DNA of 64,000 nt from NCBI GenBank assembly GCA_903906695.1, contig CAIVLG010000260.1:715-64714 (forward strand), in the 5' to 3' direction. This document shows positions 33,195-45,352 of this stretch, in pieces (positions within the stretch are counted from its first letter, which is position 1; each line of letters begins with the position of its first letter). A model generated the notes under the pieces. The model ran no database searches. It saw only the letters and a program-made list of their open reading frames with translations, and was not told where the DNA came from. Both the position numbers and the translations under genes were made by a program. Origin of the DNA: an uncultured beta proteobacterium (GTDB taxonomy: Bacteria; Pseudomonadota; Gammaproteobacteria; Burkholderiales; Burkholderiaceae_C).

Positions 33195-34421
33195 TCAATC
33201 GACCAGCGTAGCGTAGACCAGGTTGCGAAAAAGCATTCGGTAGTACTCGCGCTGATTGGGTGCCTGCAGCATCAGGCAGGCGAACATGTCTTCAGCCGGA
33301 TCGACAAAAAATGTGGTGCCGGCCATGCCACCCCAGTAATAGGCTCCCACAGAGCCTGGCACGGGCGCCAATCCGGCATGCGTGCGAACTGCAAAACCCA
33401 GACCAAAACCATAGCCGGGTGGCAGCAGGTCGCGCGACGCCCCACTATTAACTTGGATCGCCCCCAGATGATCAGCAGTCATGAAATCGACAGTTCTAGA
33501 ACCCAACAGTCGCACACCGCCGAGTTCACCCCTGTTCAACATAAACTGCAGAAAACGCGCGTAATCCAGCGCGGTCGAGGCGAGACCGCCACCGCCGGAT
33601 TCCATCACGGCGTCTTCTCGCACATCGATCAGTCGCATTTGCAATCCACCCTCGGGATCCCGTACAAACGGCTCGGCAATTCGGGAATGATGACACTTTG
33701 GCACTGAAAACCACGTATCTTTCATGCCCAAAGGTTCAAACACTTCCTTCTTCAAGTATGCCCCGAGCGTCGCGCCGCCAAGCACTTCAACCAAACAACC
33801 CAACACATCCGTGGCACGACTGTATTCCCACACCGAGCCCGGCTCGAACATCAGCGGTAGCGCCGCCAACTGCAGCGAGAATTCGGCGTTGCTTCGCTTG
33901 CGTGATCCGATTCGGGACTGCGCATACTGCCGTTGCACCGAAGAAGTACCCATGAACTCGTAACTCAGACCTGCCGTGTGCCGCATTAGGTCTTGCACCG
34001 TCGCCGACTGTCGCACATCCTGCAGTTGCGCAGCGCACTCGACCAGTCCTGCGATTTTCAGCGCTGAATACTCAGGCAGATATTTGGCAACCGGATCACT
34101 CAACAGCAATTTCCCTTGCTCGACCAACATCATGACAGCGACCGACACGATCGGCTTGGTCATCGAATAGATGCGGAAAATAGCGTCCCGCCTCATGGGC
34201 GAGCCAGTAGCAGGATCGAGCGAACCCAGACTTTCGAACAGCGCCAGTTTCCCGTGCCTGGCTATCAGGACGACCGCGCCCGGCAGGCGCTGTCGATCAA
34301 CTTCGGTTTGCAGCACCTCAATCAGGCGCCGCATGCGCTGTGGACACAATCCCAGGTTCTCCGGCGCCTCGGCCGGCAGATCCGGGACGGACACATCTGA
34401 CGGAATTGGCACACCCATCAT
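33195..34421 (-). CDS. Serine hydrolase, beta-lactamase class C/EstB-like esterase family
   Basis: SMTK (SxxK), LMRHTAGL, PLMFEPGSVWEY, YYWGGMAGT. Confidence 0.88.
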   Translation of the reverse strand: MMGVPIPSDVSVPDLPAEAPENLGLCPQRMRRLIEVLQTEVDRQRLPGAVVLIARHGKLALFESLGSLDPATGSPMRRDAIFRIYSMTKPIVSVAVMMLVEQGKLLLSDPVAKYLPEYSALKIAGLVECAAQLQDVRQSATVQDLMRHTAGLSYEFMGTSSVQRQYAQSRIGSRKRSNAEFSLQLAALPLMFEPGSVWEYSRATDVLGCLVEVLGGATLGAYLKKEVFEPLGMKDTWFSVPKCHHSRIAEPFVRDPEGGLQMRLIDVREDAVMESGGGGLASTALDYARFLQFMLNRGELGGVRLLGSRTVDFMTADHLGAIQVNSGASRDLLPPGYGFGLGFAVRTHAGLAPVPGSVGAYYWGGMAGTTFFVDPAEDMFACLMLQAPNQREYYRMLFRNLVYATLVD

Positions 34422-34534
34422 GACACCCTTGAAGATAACGATTGGCTATGCAAAACAAGCTCCGAATTGACTTACCGGACTAATATACTCGCTCCGCAAC
34501 GGTCTAAGGTTTTGTCAGTGAAACAAAGGTAGGC

Positions 34535-35596
34535 GTGGTATCAAATTACGACTTGGCGCAGATTGCTTTATCCCTTTATGTGGCTGCGACTCTGGGTCTC
34601 AGCGGCAGTGCTTCGTGGGATTTTGGCAGTTGTCAGTACAGCGGGCGCTGCACCATGAAGGAGTTTTTGTTCAGTCCTTACCTTGACATCAACATTCCCA
34701 CCACGGCCATATCACAACCGACGAAATCGGCCAACGTTGCACCGCAACTCTTGGTCGAGTCACCCGCCGGTGCGATCCCGCAAGACATGAAGGCCTTGAC
34801 GCTCGCCTTCGCAACCGGGGAATGTGGCAACGAACGTTGGGGTGGTCGCCATTCGAAAGAGATAGTTGGTTCAACAATCAAATCGCTCCGGCGCGCCGGA
34901 ATCGCCTACGTGATTTCAACCGGGGGAGCACAAGGAGTCTTCAACTGCAGCACCGATGAGGGCATGGCGCAGTTCATCGCTCACTACGATTCCAGCTATC
35001 TGATGGGCTTTGATTTCGACATTGAAGCCAATCAGCCTGAAGCGGCGGTCACCGCTCTGGTCGAACAGATCGGAGCGGCCATGCGACGCAAACCTTACCT
35101 GCGCTTCAGTTTCACACTGGCGGCGCAGTCAGGGGCAGGTACGACGCGCGGCAGTCTGAACCGGCAAGGGGATTTGGTCATGCAAGCCATTGCGAGAGCC
35201 GGTTTGAAGAACTACTTTGTCAACCTGATGGTCATGAACTTCGGCGAGGCGAAATCAAACAATTGCGTGGTCGAATCCGAGCATTGCGACATGGCCGCTT
35301 CGGCAATCCAGGTCATTCGAAATTTCAGCCGACAGTACAGCGTCCCTTTGCGACGGATAGAGGTCACGCCAATGATCGGGGTCAATGACGTGACGGCCAA
35401 TGTCTTTACCTTGAGCGACGCCCGCGCACTGGCCAGTTTTGTCTCCACCAACGGTCTTGGCGGCCTGCATTTCTGGTCGCTGAATCGGGATCAGCCCTGC
35501 GCGCAAAGCCTGTCTGCGGTGTCCCCAACATGTAGCAGCCTCGACGGTTTGCGCAGTTTGGAGTTCACCAATACCTTCGCCATCGACTCGCACTGA
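34535..35596 (+). CDS. Glycoside hydrolase family 18 (chitinase-like), catalytic domain only
   Basis: FSPY, ISTGGA, DFDIE (DxDxE), FSFTLA, VNLMVMNFG, IEVTPMIGVND, HFWSLNRD. Hydrophobic N-terminal stretch; alternative start 34655. Confidence 0.8.
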   Translation: MVSNYDLAQIALSLYVAATLGLSGSASWDFGSCQYSGRCTMKEFLFSPYLDINIPTTAISQPTKSANVAPQLLVESPAGAIPQDMKALTLAFATGECGNERWGGRHSKEIVGSTIKSLRRAGIAYVISTGGAQGVFNCSTDEGMAQFIAHYDSSYLMGFDFDIEANQPEAAVTALVEQIGAAMRRKPYLRFSFTLAAQSGAGTTRGSLNRQGDLVMQAIARAGLKNYFVNLMVMNFGEAKSNNCVVESEHCDMAASAIQVIRNFSRQYSVPLRRIEVTPMIGVNDVTANVFTLSDARALASFVSTNGLGGLHFWSLNRDQPCAQSLSAVSPTCSSLDGLRSLEFTNTFAIDSH

Positions 35597-35648
35597 TCCG
35601 CCGGTCGGCGTTGCCAAATATTCGCCATTTCTTGCCGATTAATTTGCC

Positions 35649-35697
35649 TGCACTGCTCGAGGGCAAGGTTTCCCAACAATTGCACCAGTTGCGGGCG
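35649..35697 (+). promoter_or_regulatory. Two NtrC-like enhancer sites
   Basis: TGCAC-N7-GGGCA (35649-35665) and TGCAC-N7-GGGCG (35681-35697), 32 bp apart; consensus TGCAC-N7-GTGCA. Confidence 0.5.
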
Positions 35698-35779
35698 TCG
35701 GACGCTGAACCGGCCAAGAATCCGTGCTGCGATCAGACCTCAGCTCCTGAACATCGCGATGGTGTGGTGATAATCAGCA

Positions 35780-35795
35780 TGGCACGGTTCCTGCA
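35780..35795 (+). promoter_or_regulatory. Sigma54 -24/-12 promoter for aapJQMP
   Basis: TGGCACG-GTTC-CTGCA with exact GG-N10-GC spacing. Confidence 0.65.
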
Positions 35796-35974
35796 ATGTC
35801 ACCGTGGCGCATAATGATCGATGGTAGCGTGGCTTGCGAAATTTCGCCTGAAGTGCGAGAGTAAACCCCGATGCCTTTGCCATTCTGGTGCTGCTAAAGT
35901 TCGCGCTCCGGCATGACAGTGAGGGTGGCTCTGTCCGTCCATTTTGATCCAACATTTTTACTGGAGTAACGCAA

Positions 35975-37009
35975 ATGCATTTGAAGAGACTAAAGATCGC
36001 GGCCGCTTTCGTGGCTGTCATGGGTGCCGTGCTGGCAGCCCCAGCCCATGCGGGCAAGACACTGGACGGCATCAAGGCGCGCGGCCAACTGGTCTGCGGC
36101 GTCAATACCGGTCTCGCCGGCTTTGCAGCCGCGAACACCGCCGGAAAATGGTCGGGCCTGGACGTCGACGTTTGCCGTGCACTGGCCGCCACGGTGCTTA
36201 GCGACGCCGAGAAAGTCAAGTACGTTCCGCTTAACGCTCAGCAGCGCTTCACCGCCCTGCAGTCGGGCGAGATCGACATCCTGCCGCGCAACACCACGTT
36301 CACGCTAACCCGCGACGCCTCGCTCGGTTTGAACGTCACGGTGCCCAACTATTACGACGGCCAGGGCTTTATGGTCACCGTCAAGAGCAAGATCAAGAGC
36401 GCCAAGCAACTCAAGGGACAAACAGTTTGCGTGCAGTCCGGCACCACCACTGAAAAGAACCTGACCGACTACTCCAAAGCCAATGATCTGGGCATCAAAC
36501 CGGTTGTGTACGAGAAACTTGAAGCTGCAGAGAATGCCTACTTTACCGGTCGTTGCGTCGCCTACACGACGGACGCCTCCGGTCTGGCATCGACCCGCAA
36601 TGACAAGGCCAAAGACCCCAAAGAGCATGTCATCCTGCCCGACCTGATTTCCAAGGAACCACTGGGCCCAATGGTGCGCCGCGGCGATGACGAATGGTTT
36701 GCCATCGTCAAATGGGTGATGTATGGCCTGCTTGAGGCTGAGGAATACGGTGTGACGCAGGCCAATGTGGACCAAATGAAATCCAGTGCGGACCCGGTGG
36801 TACAGCGGTTGCTGGGCGGAGGCAATGAAGACACCGGCAAACTGCTGGGTCTGGACAAGGAGTGGCTGGCCCGTGCCGTCAAAGCGGTCGGCAACTATGG
36901 TGAAAGCTTCGAGCGCAATGTGGGCCCCAAATCACCACTTGGGCTGCCGCGCGGCATGAACAATCTTTGGAACAAGGGTGGCCTGATGTACGCCTACCCG
37001 GTCCGTTAG
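35975..37009 (+). CDS. aapJ: General L-amino acid ABC transporter substrate-binding protein
   Basis: Signal peptide, GLDVDVCRALAA, RFTALQSGEIDIL, YYDGQGF, ISKEPLGP, GNYGESFERNVG. Confidence 0.9.
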   Translation: MHLKRLKIAAAFVAVMGAVLAAPAHAGKTLDGIKARGQLVCGVNTGLAGFAAANTAGKWSGLDVDVCRALAATVLSDAEKVKYVPLNAQQRFTALQSGEIDILPRNTTFTLTRDASLGLNVTVPNYYDGQGFMVTVKSKIKSAKQLKGQTVCVQSGTTTEKNLTDYSKANDLGIKPVVYEKLEAAENAYFTGRCVAYTTDASGLASTRNDKAKDPKEHVILPDLISKEPLGPMVRRGDDEWFAIVKWVMYGLLEAEEYGVTQANVDQMKSSADPVVQRLLGGGNEDTGKLLGLDKEWLARAVKAVGNYGESFERNVGPKSPLGLPRGMNNLWNKGGLMYAYPVR

Positions 37010-37036
37010 GCTCACAAGCAGTTTCCTGCTTCATTG

Positions 37037-37081
37037 AAGAGTTGCTGCCGGTACCCATTTCACGTGCCGGCAGCTCTTTTT
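37037..37081 (+). terminator. Intercistronic stem-loop/terminator after aapJ
   Basis: GCTGCCGG 37044-37051 / CCGGCAGC 37067-37074, followed by TCTTTTT. Confidence 0.55.
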
Positions 37082-37135
37082 AATCCCAGACGATGGTCTT
37101 TCCTGCTTGACAACACCCTTTCTTGTGAGCGCCAC

Positions 37136-38311
37136 ATGAGCCCGAAGCCCCCGCCGAAAAAGAAGATCTGGTCCTGGCGCAGTCAGGCGTTCAGAGGGTT
37201 GATTTATCAGGTTGTTGCGATCAGCCTGATTGTTGCGGTCGTCTGGTTTCTCGCACACAACACGCTGCTTAACATGAAGATCCGCGGCATTCAGAGCGGA
37301 TTCGATTTCATGACCAGTCCGGCCGGCTTTGATATTGGCGAGAGTCTCTATCCTTTCGACTCGGCCCAGCCCTACTGGCAGGCCTTTTTGGTCGGTCTGA
37401 CCAACACTTTGCGTGTAGCCCTGCTTGGCATTGTTTTAACCACCATCCTGGGCACATTGCTGGGTGTCGGCCGATTTTCCCGCAATGCGCTGGTGCGCGG
37501 CTTGAGTTACGGTTACGTTGAGTTGTTCCGCAATGTTCCCGTGTTGCTGCAACTGCTGATGTGGTATCTGGTTTTTACCGAGGTACTCCCAGCGACATCG
37601 GACGCCTGGTCGATCGGTCCCGTCTTCTTGAGCAAAGGCGGACTGAGCTTTCCGATTCCGGTCTGGGCCCATGGTCATCTCTGGTCGCTGATCGGGCTGC
37701 TTGCTGGTCTGGTGTTCGCCTATGCCTACCGGCGTTGGGCGATCAAACAATTTGAAGCAACAGGAAGACTCCGAAGCATGTTCTGGGTTCCAGTCGCCAT
37801 CTGCCTCGTCGCCGCGCTGCTCGGGTGGTTGGCGGGTGGTGCCCCCACTGCCTTTGATTCCCCTGTCAAGGGCGAATTCGCAATTGAAAAAGGCGGTTCC
37901 CTGACCCCGGAGTTTCTCTCGGTCCTTTTGGGTCTGACCATTTACACGGCATCCTTCGTCGCCGAGGTTGTTCGTTCCGGCATTCAATCGGTCGCCCGCG
38001 GTCAGAGCGAAGCCGCTGCGGCGCTCGGACTGAGCCCGGGACAGTCAATGCGGCTGGTGACGCTGCCGCAGGCGCTGCGGGTCATCATTCCGCCCATGAC
38101 CAACCAATTCCTGAATCTCACCAAGAACTCATCATTGGCGGTAGCGATAGGTTATCCGGACGTGGTGTCGATTGCCAATACCGCGCTGAACCAGACCGGC
38201 CGGGCGGTGGAATGCATCGCCGTTGTGATGCTGGTGTACTTGACAACTTCCTTGAGCACATCGCTGTTGATGAACTGGTACAACAGCCGGTCTGCCATCA
38301 AGGAACGCTGA
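37136..38311 (+). CDS. aapQ: Amino acid ABC transporter permease
   Basis: SGFDF, GLTNTL, ELFRNVP, EAA-loop AEVVRSGIQSVARGQSEAA, KNSSLA. Confidence 0.88.
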   Translation: MSPKPPPKKKIWSWRSQAFRGLIYQVVAISLIVAVVWFLAHNTLLNMKIRGIQSGFDFMTSPAGFDIGESLYPFDSAQPYWQAFLVGLTNTLRVALLGIVLTTILGTLLGVGRFSRNALVRGLSYGYVELFRNVPVLLQLLMWYLVFTEVLPATSDAWSIGPVFLSKGGLSFPIPVWAHGHLWSLIGLLAGLVFAYAYRRWAIKQFEATGRLRSMFWVPVAICLVAALLGWLAGGAPTAFDSPVKGEFAIEKGGSLTPEFLSVLLGLTIYTASFVAEVVRSGIQSVARGQSEAAAALGLSPGQSMRLVTLPQALRVIIPPMTNQFLNLTKNSSLAVAIGYPDVVSIANTALNQTGRAVECIAVVMLVYLTTSLSTSLLMNWYNSRSAIKER

Positions 38312-38334
38312 TCCACAACGCAGTGCCAAACACC

Positions 38335-39438
38335 ATGACAGCCCAAACTTTTCAAACCATTGCGGCGCGCCCGGCGCCAGTTGCATCCGAAGGCGTTGTC
38401 CCCTGGATTCGCAACAATCTATTTGGTGACTGGCTGACAGGCCTGATGACCCTGTTGATTGGCGCGGTCTTGCTCTATCTGATACCTCAACTGCTGAGCT
38501 GGGCGCTGTTTCGTGCCTCTTGGCTGCCCGACTACGAGGCCTGCAAAGTTCAGGGTGTCGGTGCCTGCTGGGGCGTGATTGCCGAAAAACATCGTCTCAT
38601 CCTGTTCGGACGATATCCCTTCGAAGAACAATGGCGCCCCTTGGTGGCAACTTTGTCAATGCTTGGACTGCTTGCCGTCAGTTGCACCCGGGCCTTCTGG
38701 CGGCGTTGGCTGGTGATCCTCTGGCTTGTCGTTCTGGCACTTTTTTTCACCCTGATGGCGGGCAACGTGCTGGGATTGAGCAAAGTGGAGACCGATCGCT
38801 GGGGCGGCCTGCCACTGACCATTTTGCTGGCGTCGCTGTCGATGGTAGCGGCCTTTCCGATTGCTCTGGTCGTGGCGCTGGGCCGCCGTTCAAACCTGCC
38901 TGCGATAAAGACCTTCTGCTCAATCTATGTCGAGTTGATCCGCGGCGTACCGCTGATTTCGGTGCTGTTCATGGCCTCTTTCATGTTCCCACTGTTCATG
39001 CCGCAGGGCTTCACTATCGATGTGCTGATTCGTGTGCTGGTGGGCATCACGCTGTTTTCCGCGGCCTATATGGCTGAAGTGATTCGCGGCGGGCTGCAAG
39101 CCATTCCAAAGGGTCAAATCGAGGCGGCGGCAACGCTCGGTCTGTCCTACTGGCAAACCCAGCGAAAAATTGTCCTGCCACAGGCCCTGGCGATGGTGGT
39201 TCCGAGCATCATGAACAACTTCATTTCAACCTTTAAGGATACCTCACTGGTGACCATCGTAAGCCTTTACGAACTCACCGGCGCCTTGTCGATGGCCTTG
39301 AATTCGGATTCGAAATGGCGCCCCTTCATGATCGAAGGTTATATTTTCATCGCCATGATCTATTTCATCTTCTGTTTTTCCATGTCGCGTTACAGCATCT
39401 GGGTTGAAAAGCAGGTCAACCGGGGCACACGGCGCTGA
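38335..39438 (+). CDS. aapM: Amino acid ABC transporter permease
   Basis: GACW, FGRYP, WGGLPLT, ELIRGVPLI, AEVIRGGLQAIPKGQIEAA, KDTSLV. Confidence 0.88.
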   Translation: MTAQTFQTIAARPAPVASEGVVPWIRNNLFGDWLTGLMTLLIGAVLLYLIPQLLSWALFRASWLPDYEACKVQGVGACWGVIAEKHRLILFGRYPFEEQWRPLVATLSMLGLLAVSCTRAFWRRWLVILWLVVLALFFTLMAGNVLGLSKVETDRWGGLPLTILLASLSMVAAFPIALVVALGRRSNLPAIKTFCSIYVELIRGVPLISVLFMASFMFPLFMPQGFTIDVLIRVLVGITLFSAAYMAEVIRGGLQAIPKGQIEAAATLGLSYWQTQRKIVLPQALAMVVPSIMNNFISTFKDTSLVTIVSLYELTGALSMALNSDSKWRPFMIEGYIFIAMIYFIFCFSMSRYSIWVEKQVNRGTRR

Positions 39439-39493
39439 GTCACCGTTTGAGCATCGCAAGTCAATTCAATAAAGCCAAATTCAAGAGCCCAAA

Positions 39494-40237
39494 ATGTCAG
39501 AACCGATTATCAAATTCGACAAACTCAACAAGTGGTACGGCAATAATTTTCACGTGCTGCGTGACATTGAGCTCAGCGTCGCACCGGGAGAGCGCATCGT
39601 CATCTGCGGCCCTTCAGGGTCCGGCAAGTCAACACTGATCCGCTGCATCAACCGGCTCGAAGAGCATCAGGAGGGGCACCTGTTTGTCGATGGGGTCGAG
39701 CTCACCGACGATGTGAAGGCGATCGACGACATCCGCAAAAAAGTGGGCATGGTGTTTCAGCAGTTCAATCTGTTCCCGCATCTCACTGTGCTGGAGAACC
39801 TGACGCTGTCGCCGATGTGGGTCGGGAAGATGCCGAAGAAGGAAGCTGAAGAAAGGGCCATGACCCAGTTGAAGCGGGTACGGATCGCCGAACAGGCCGG
39901 CAAATACCCCTTGCAGTTGTCGGGCGGGCAGCAACAGCGCGTGGCGATCGCGCGCGCCCTCTGTTTGAAGCCAAAAATCATGTTATTCGACGAGCCAACG
40001 TCTGCGCTCGACCCCGAGATGATCAAGGAAGTGCTCGACGTCATGGTCGAAATGGCGAGCCAGGGTATCACCATGTTATGTGTTACGCATGAGATGGGTT
40101 TCGCCAAAGCGGTGGCAGACCGCGTGATCTTCATGGACCAGGGGCAGATCGTCGAGCAGAACAACCCGCACGATTTTTTCAATAATCCGCAAAACGAACG
40201 CAGCAAGGACTTCCTTTCCAAAATTCTGGGGCATTGA
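39494..40237 (+). CDS. aapP: Amino acid ABC transporter ATP-binding protein
   Basis: [32 protein letters not shown]. Confidence 0.93.
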   Translation: MSEPIIKFDKLNKWYGNNFHVLRDIELSVAPGERIVICGPSGSGKSTLIRCINRLEEHQEGHLFVDGVELTDDVKAIDDIRKKVGMVFQQFNLFPHLTVLENLTLSPMWVGKMPKKEAEERAMTQLKRVRIAEQAGKYPLQLSGGQQQRVAIARALCLKPKIMLFDEPTSALDPEMIKEVLDVMVEMASQGITMLCVTHEMGFAKAVADRVIFMDQGQIVEQNNPHDFFNNPQNERSKDFLSKILGH

Positions 40238-40259
40238 GGCGCGAACGATTCCCCCAACA

Positions 40260-41259
40260 ATGAGCAAGCCACAGAGTCCGATCGGATCGATCACGGATGT
40301 CGGCGGCCTGGAGGTCGGCCACTTTACCGATGCGCGCCGCCCGACCGGATGCACCGTAGTCATCGCGCGCGAGGGTGCCGTGGCCGGAGTCGACGTGCGT
40401 GGTGCGGCACCCGGCACACGCGAAACAGAGCTGCTGCACCCTTCCAATCTGGTCGAGCGCGCACATGCCGTCCTGCTGGCAGGCGGCAGTGCCTGGGGGC
40501 TCGATGCGGCCAGCGGCGTGATGCGCTGGCTGGAGGAAAACAGCATCGGCCTGCCGGTCGGTTTCGGTCTGGTACCCATCGTCCCTGCCGCCGTACTGTT
40601 CGATCTGCCGGTGGGCGATGCGACCATCAGGCCTGACGCCAGTGCCGGTTACCAGGCCTGCGTATCGGCAGGGCGCAATCGCCCGACAGAGGGCAATGTC
40701 GGTGCCGGCGCCGGAGCGCTTGTGGGCAAGATCTTTGGCTTGCACCGCGCCATGCGTGGAGGCATTGGCAGCGCCTCGATCACGATCGATGGCATCACAG
40801 TCGGTGCCATCATTGCCTGCAATGCGATGGGTGACGTTATTGACCCGGACACCGGAGAGGTGCTGGCCGGCGCCCGCACGGAAGACGGCCGTTCACTGCT
40901 CAATAGTCGCAAGGCACTTATGGCCGGTGAAGGTCCGAAACCCGTTCTGGCAGGCACCAGCACGACGATCGGCGTGATCGCCACCGACGCGACCCTGACC
41001 AAGGCACAGGCGCACCGCTTGGCTGTAGTGGCACATGACGGATTGGCGCGCAGCATCAATCCGGTGCACACCATGTCCGACGGCGACACGCTGTTTGCCT
41101 TGGGTACCGGCAAGGCCGGCAAGTCGGCTGGCATGATGCTGCTCAGCACCCTGGCGGCGGAGGTCACTGCGCAAGCTGTGCTACGTGCCGTGCTGGCAGC
41201 CAGAAGCCTCACTTGCGGCCAGATGCACTGGCCTGCCGCAACCGAACTGGTGCACTCGC

Positions 41260-41276
<17 letters not shown>
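40260..41276 (+). CDS. P1/S58 family peptidase (DmpA-like)
   Basis: SITDVGGLEVGH, VDVRGAAPGTRET, GNVGAGAG, TTIGVIAT, DGDTLF. Confidence 0.88.
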
Positions 41277-42921
<1,645 letters not shown>

Positions 42922-43013
42922 GGAGTGCTAGCGTGGTGTTGCTGAAAGTAAGGCCCGCATTATCGACGCATCGCCTGGTTGATCCCGGCAAGCTCCGAAA
43001 CCTTCAAGACCGC

Positions 43014-43505
43014 TCAGCGCCGCAAACCGCTCCACCAGGCCTTGACCGAGCGCTTCAGGTCCTGTCCCGCGCGCCAGGCGGAAGAGCGTCGCACTTCGGT
43101 CAGAACAGCGTCTTTCCATGTCTTCCAGCGCGGGTACCACCAGGCGAACCAGCGCAACTGCATCAACGCTGGCTGCGTCAACTGAAACAGCCGCGCCATC
43201 ACGGCGGTGCCGCCAAGTTTGGCGCCGAACAGCAAGATCAGACCCAGCGTCGTCTGCCCCTGGCCAAACAGGTACAGCGCCAGCAACTTGACCGGCAGCA
43301 GCGTTAGCATGGGCACGCCAAAAACCAGCAGCGCCCCAGCCGGTGGCAGTTGCACGATCTTTCGCTCCAGCGCGGCCCACAACGGCAAGCGTGCCAATCT
43401 TGCAAACAACGCCGCCAGCGGCTCCCAGCCCCACTCCTCAAACAGCAGCAGGGCCGCAAACAGAATGAAGAAGATCCTGCGAAAAATCCTTTTTAGAGTC
43501 TGCAT
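43014..43505 (-). CDS. Hypothetical membrane protein
   Basis: 163 aa with several hydrophobic segments (LLFEEWGWEPL...LLPVKLLALYL); fills the gap between ettA and ycaO. Confidence 0.7.
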   Translation of the reverse strand: MQTLKRIFRRIFFILFAALLLFEEWGWEPLAALFARLARLPLWAALERKIVQLPPAGALLVFGVPMLTLLPVKLLALYLFGQGQTTLGLILLFGAKLGGTAVMARLFQLTQPALMQLRWFAWWYPRWKTWKDAVLTEVRRSSAWRAGQDLKRSVKAWWSGLRR

Positions 43506-43532
43506 GACGCGGCGCCGAAAATCGGACTGATC

Positions 43533-45263
43533 TCAAGTCGCAAGCGCATGCACCTTGTCGTAGGCCAGCAGCAATTTGCGGTGCATTTCACAGCCTTCCA
43601 GCATCAAACCGGGGGCTTCAATACCCATGAAGCGATCGGTCTGCATGATGAGCGAGTGCGCCTGAGTCACAGCACCGGCACCGTAAAGCTGGCGCAGGGC
43701 GTCCAGGTAGGGACCACTGTCGCCCATGTCGGCGAGGTTGATCAGACACTCGATGCAGGCGTAGACACTGCGCCGCTGCGGATTGATCTGATCAAAATGC
43801 CGGATCCAGTCGCATCCCTCCAGCGTTGCCGCTTCGTCACCGCTTGCCAATGCCAGCAAAGTCTTGAGCTCACCGATGCGCAGGTCACTCCAGAACGAAT
43901 CGGCATCGGCGGCCAGACCGATGACCGCTGCCACCAGGCGCTGGTCGGCCAACGCCGATTCGTTGAGCGTGTCCAGCAAATCGGCGCATTCCTCGTCGTC
44001 CAGATCCGTCAGGTTCAGGATCGGCTCGCGGATGGAATTGCCGACACAGTTGTTCTCGAACTCCAGGTCATCCACCGGGTAGATCTCCGACATGCCCGGC
44101 ACCAGAACGCGACAGGCGTAGACACCCAAGTGGGTGAAGTCGGCGATGTAGATGTCGCGCCCGTCCCGGTGAATTCGATCCACCGCCCAAGCATAGTCTT
44201 CCGCAGTGCTGTTGCTGAAATTCCAGTCGCAAAACTCATGATCAGGCTGGTCGCCGAGAAATTTCCAGTGAACGACACCACTGGAATCGACGAAATGAAT
44301 TTCAATATTGGTCGAACTCGCGACTTCTTCCAGATCAAAACCGGGCACCGGAAAGCCGGCCAGCGCGTCGAGCGCCCGCCCCTGCAACAGTTCGGTCAGG
44401 GCGCGCTCAAGGGCAATTTCGAAGCGCGGATGGGCGCCGAAGCTGGCAAAGCAGCCCTGGTCGCCGGGGTGCAGCAGCGTCACGTTCATCACCGGGTACT
44501 GGCCGCCCAGCGAAGCGTCCTTGACCAGAATGCCGAAGCCGGCAGAGCGCAAGGCATCGATGCCCGCTGCAATGCGCGGATAGCGTCCGATCACCGTCTC
44601 GGGCACGTCGGGCAGGCAAATGCCTTCGCTGATGATCCGGAACTTGATGTGACGCTCGAAAATTTCGGACAGTGCCTGGGTGCGCGCCTCAAACTGGGTG
44701 TTGCCCGCCGACATGCCATTGCTCACGTAAAGGTTGCCGATGATATTGACCGGAAACCAGGTTACAACACCATCGCGCTGACGCTCATAGGGAATTGCGC
44801 AAATGCCGCGCTCCCCGTTGCCGGAATTGAATTCGACCAGGCTGCTGGCGTCCACACTGCCCTCGGGGTTGTAGAACTTATGCAGTTCGACATTGAGGAC
44901 GTCCGAAGGCCAGTTGCCGTCCTGGCCAGGTTCAAACCAGCGCTCCTGCGGATAGTGGACGTAGGGTCGATCGGCGATAACCGACCCGAGGTAATAGTGG
45001 GTCCAGAAATAATTGGTCGAGAGGCGCTCAAAAAACTCGCCCAGGGCGCTGGCCAGACAGGCCAGCCGGCTGCCACCTTTGCCATTGGTGAACAGCAGCG
45101 GGCAATCGCGATCACGGATATGCACTGACCAGATGCCCTCCACCGGATTGAGCCAGCTGTGCTCCTCGATGTGAAAGCCCAAACCTTGCAAGCGGGCCTG
45201 CAGGGTATTGATGGTGGATTCGAGCGAGGCGTCCTTGCCCGGGATGAAATTTTCGGTATGCAT
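43533..45263 (-). CDS. ycaO: YcaO (S12 methylthiotransferase accessory factor type)
   Basis: FIPGKDASLE, WLNPV, FTNGKG, SALGEFFERLS, SNGMSAGN, EIFER. Start placed at ATG 45263. Confidence 0.9.
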   Translation of the reverse strand: MHTENFIPGKDASLESTINTLQARLQGLGFHIEEHSWLNPVEGIWSVHIRDRDCPLLFTNGKGGSRLACLASALGEFFERLSTNYFWTHYYLGSVIADRPYVHYPQERWFEPGQDGNWPSDVLNVELHKFYNPEGSVDASSLVEFNSGNGERGICAIPYERQRDGVVTWFPVNIIGNLYVSNGMSAGNTQFEARTQALSEIFERHIKFRIISEGICLPDVPETVIGRYPRIAAGIDALRSAGFGILVKDASLGGQYPVMNVTLLHPGDQGCFASFGAHPRFEIALERALTELLQGRALDALAGFPVPGFDLEEVASSTNIEIHFVDSSGVVHWKFLGDQPDHEFCDWNFSNSTAEDYAWAVDRIHRDGRDIYIADFTHLGVYACRVLVPGMSEIYPVDDLEFENNCVGNSIREPILNLTDLDDEECADLLDTLNESALADQRLVAAVIGLAADADSFWSDLRIGELKTLLALASGDEAATLEGCDWIRHFDQINPQRRSVYACIECLINLADMGDSGPYLDALRQLYGAGAVTQAHSLIMQTDRFMGIEAPGLMLEGCEMHRKLLLAYDKVHALAT

Positions 45264-45352
45264 GGATGCCAGCATACCGCACGAATGTCGCACATGTCGC
45301 TGACGGTAAACTCGGGGGCCAGCCCTTCGCACTATTTCTACCGGAGACTTCC

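Noticed and set aside
34467-34489. TTGACT and TATACT resembling a sigma70 promoter for the GH18 gene
   Set aside because: Spacer is only 11 bp.
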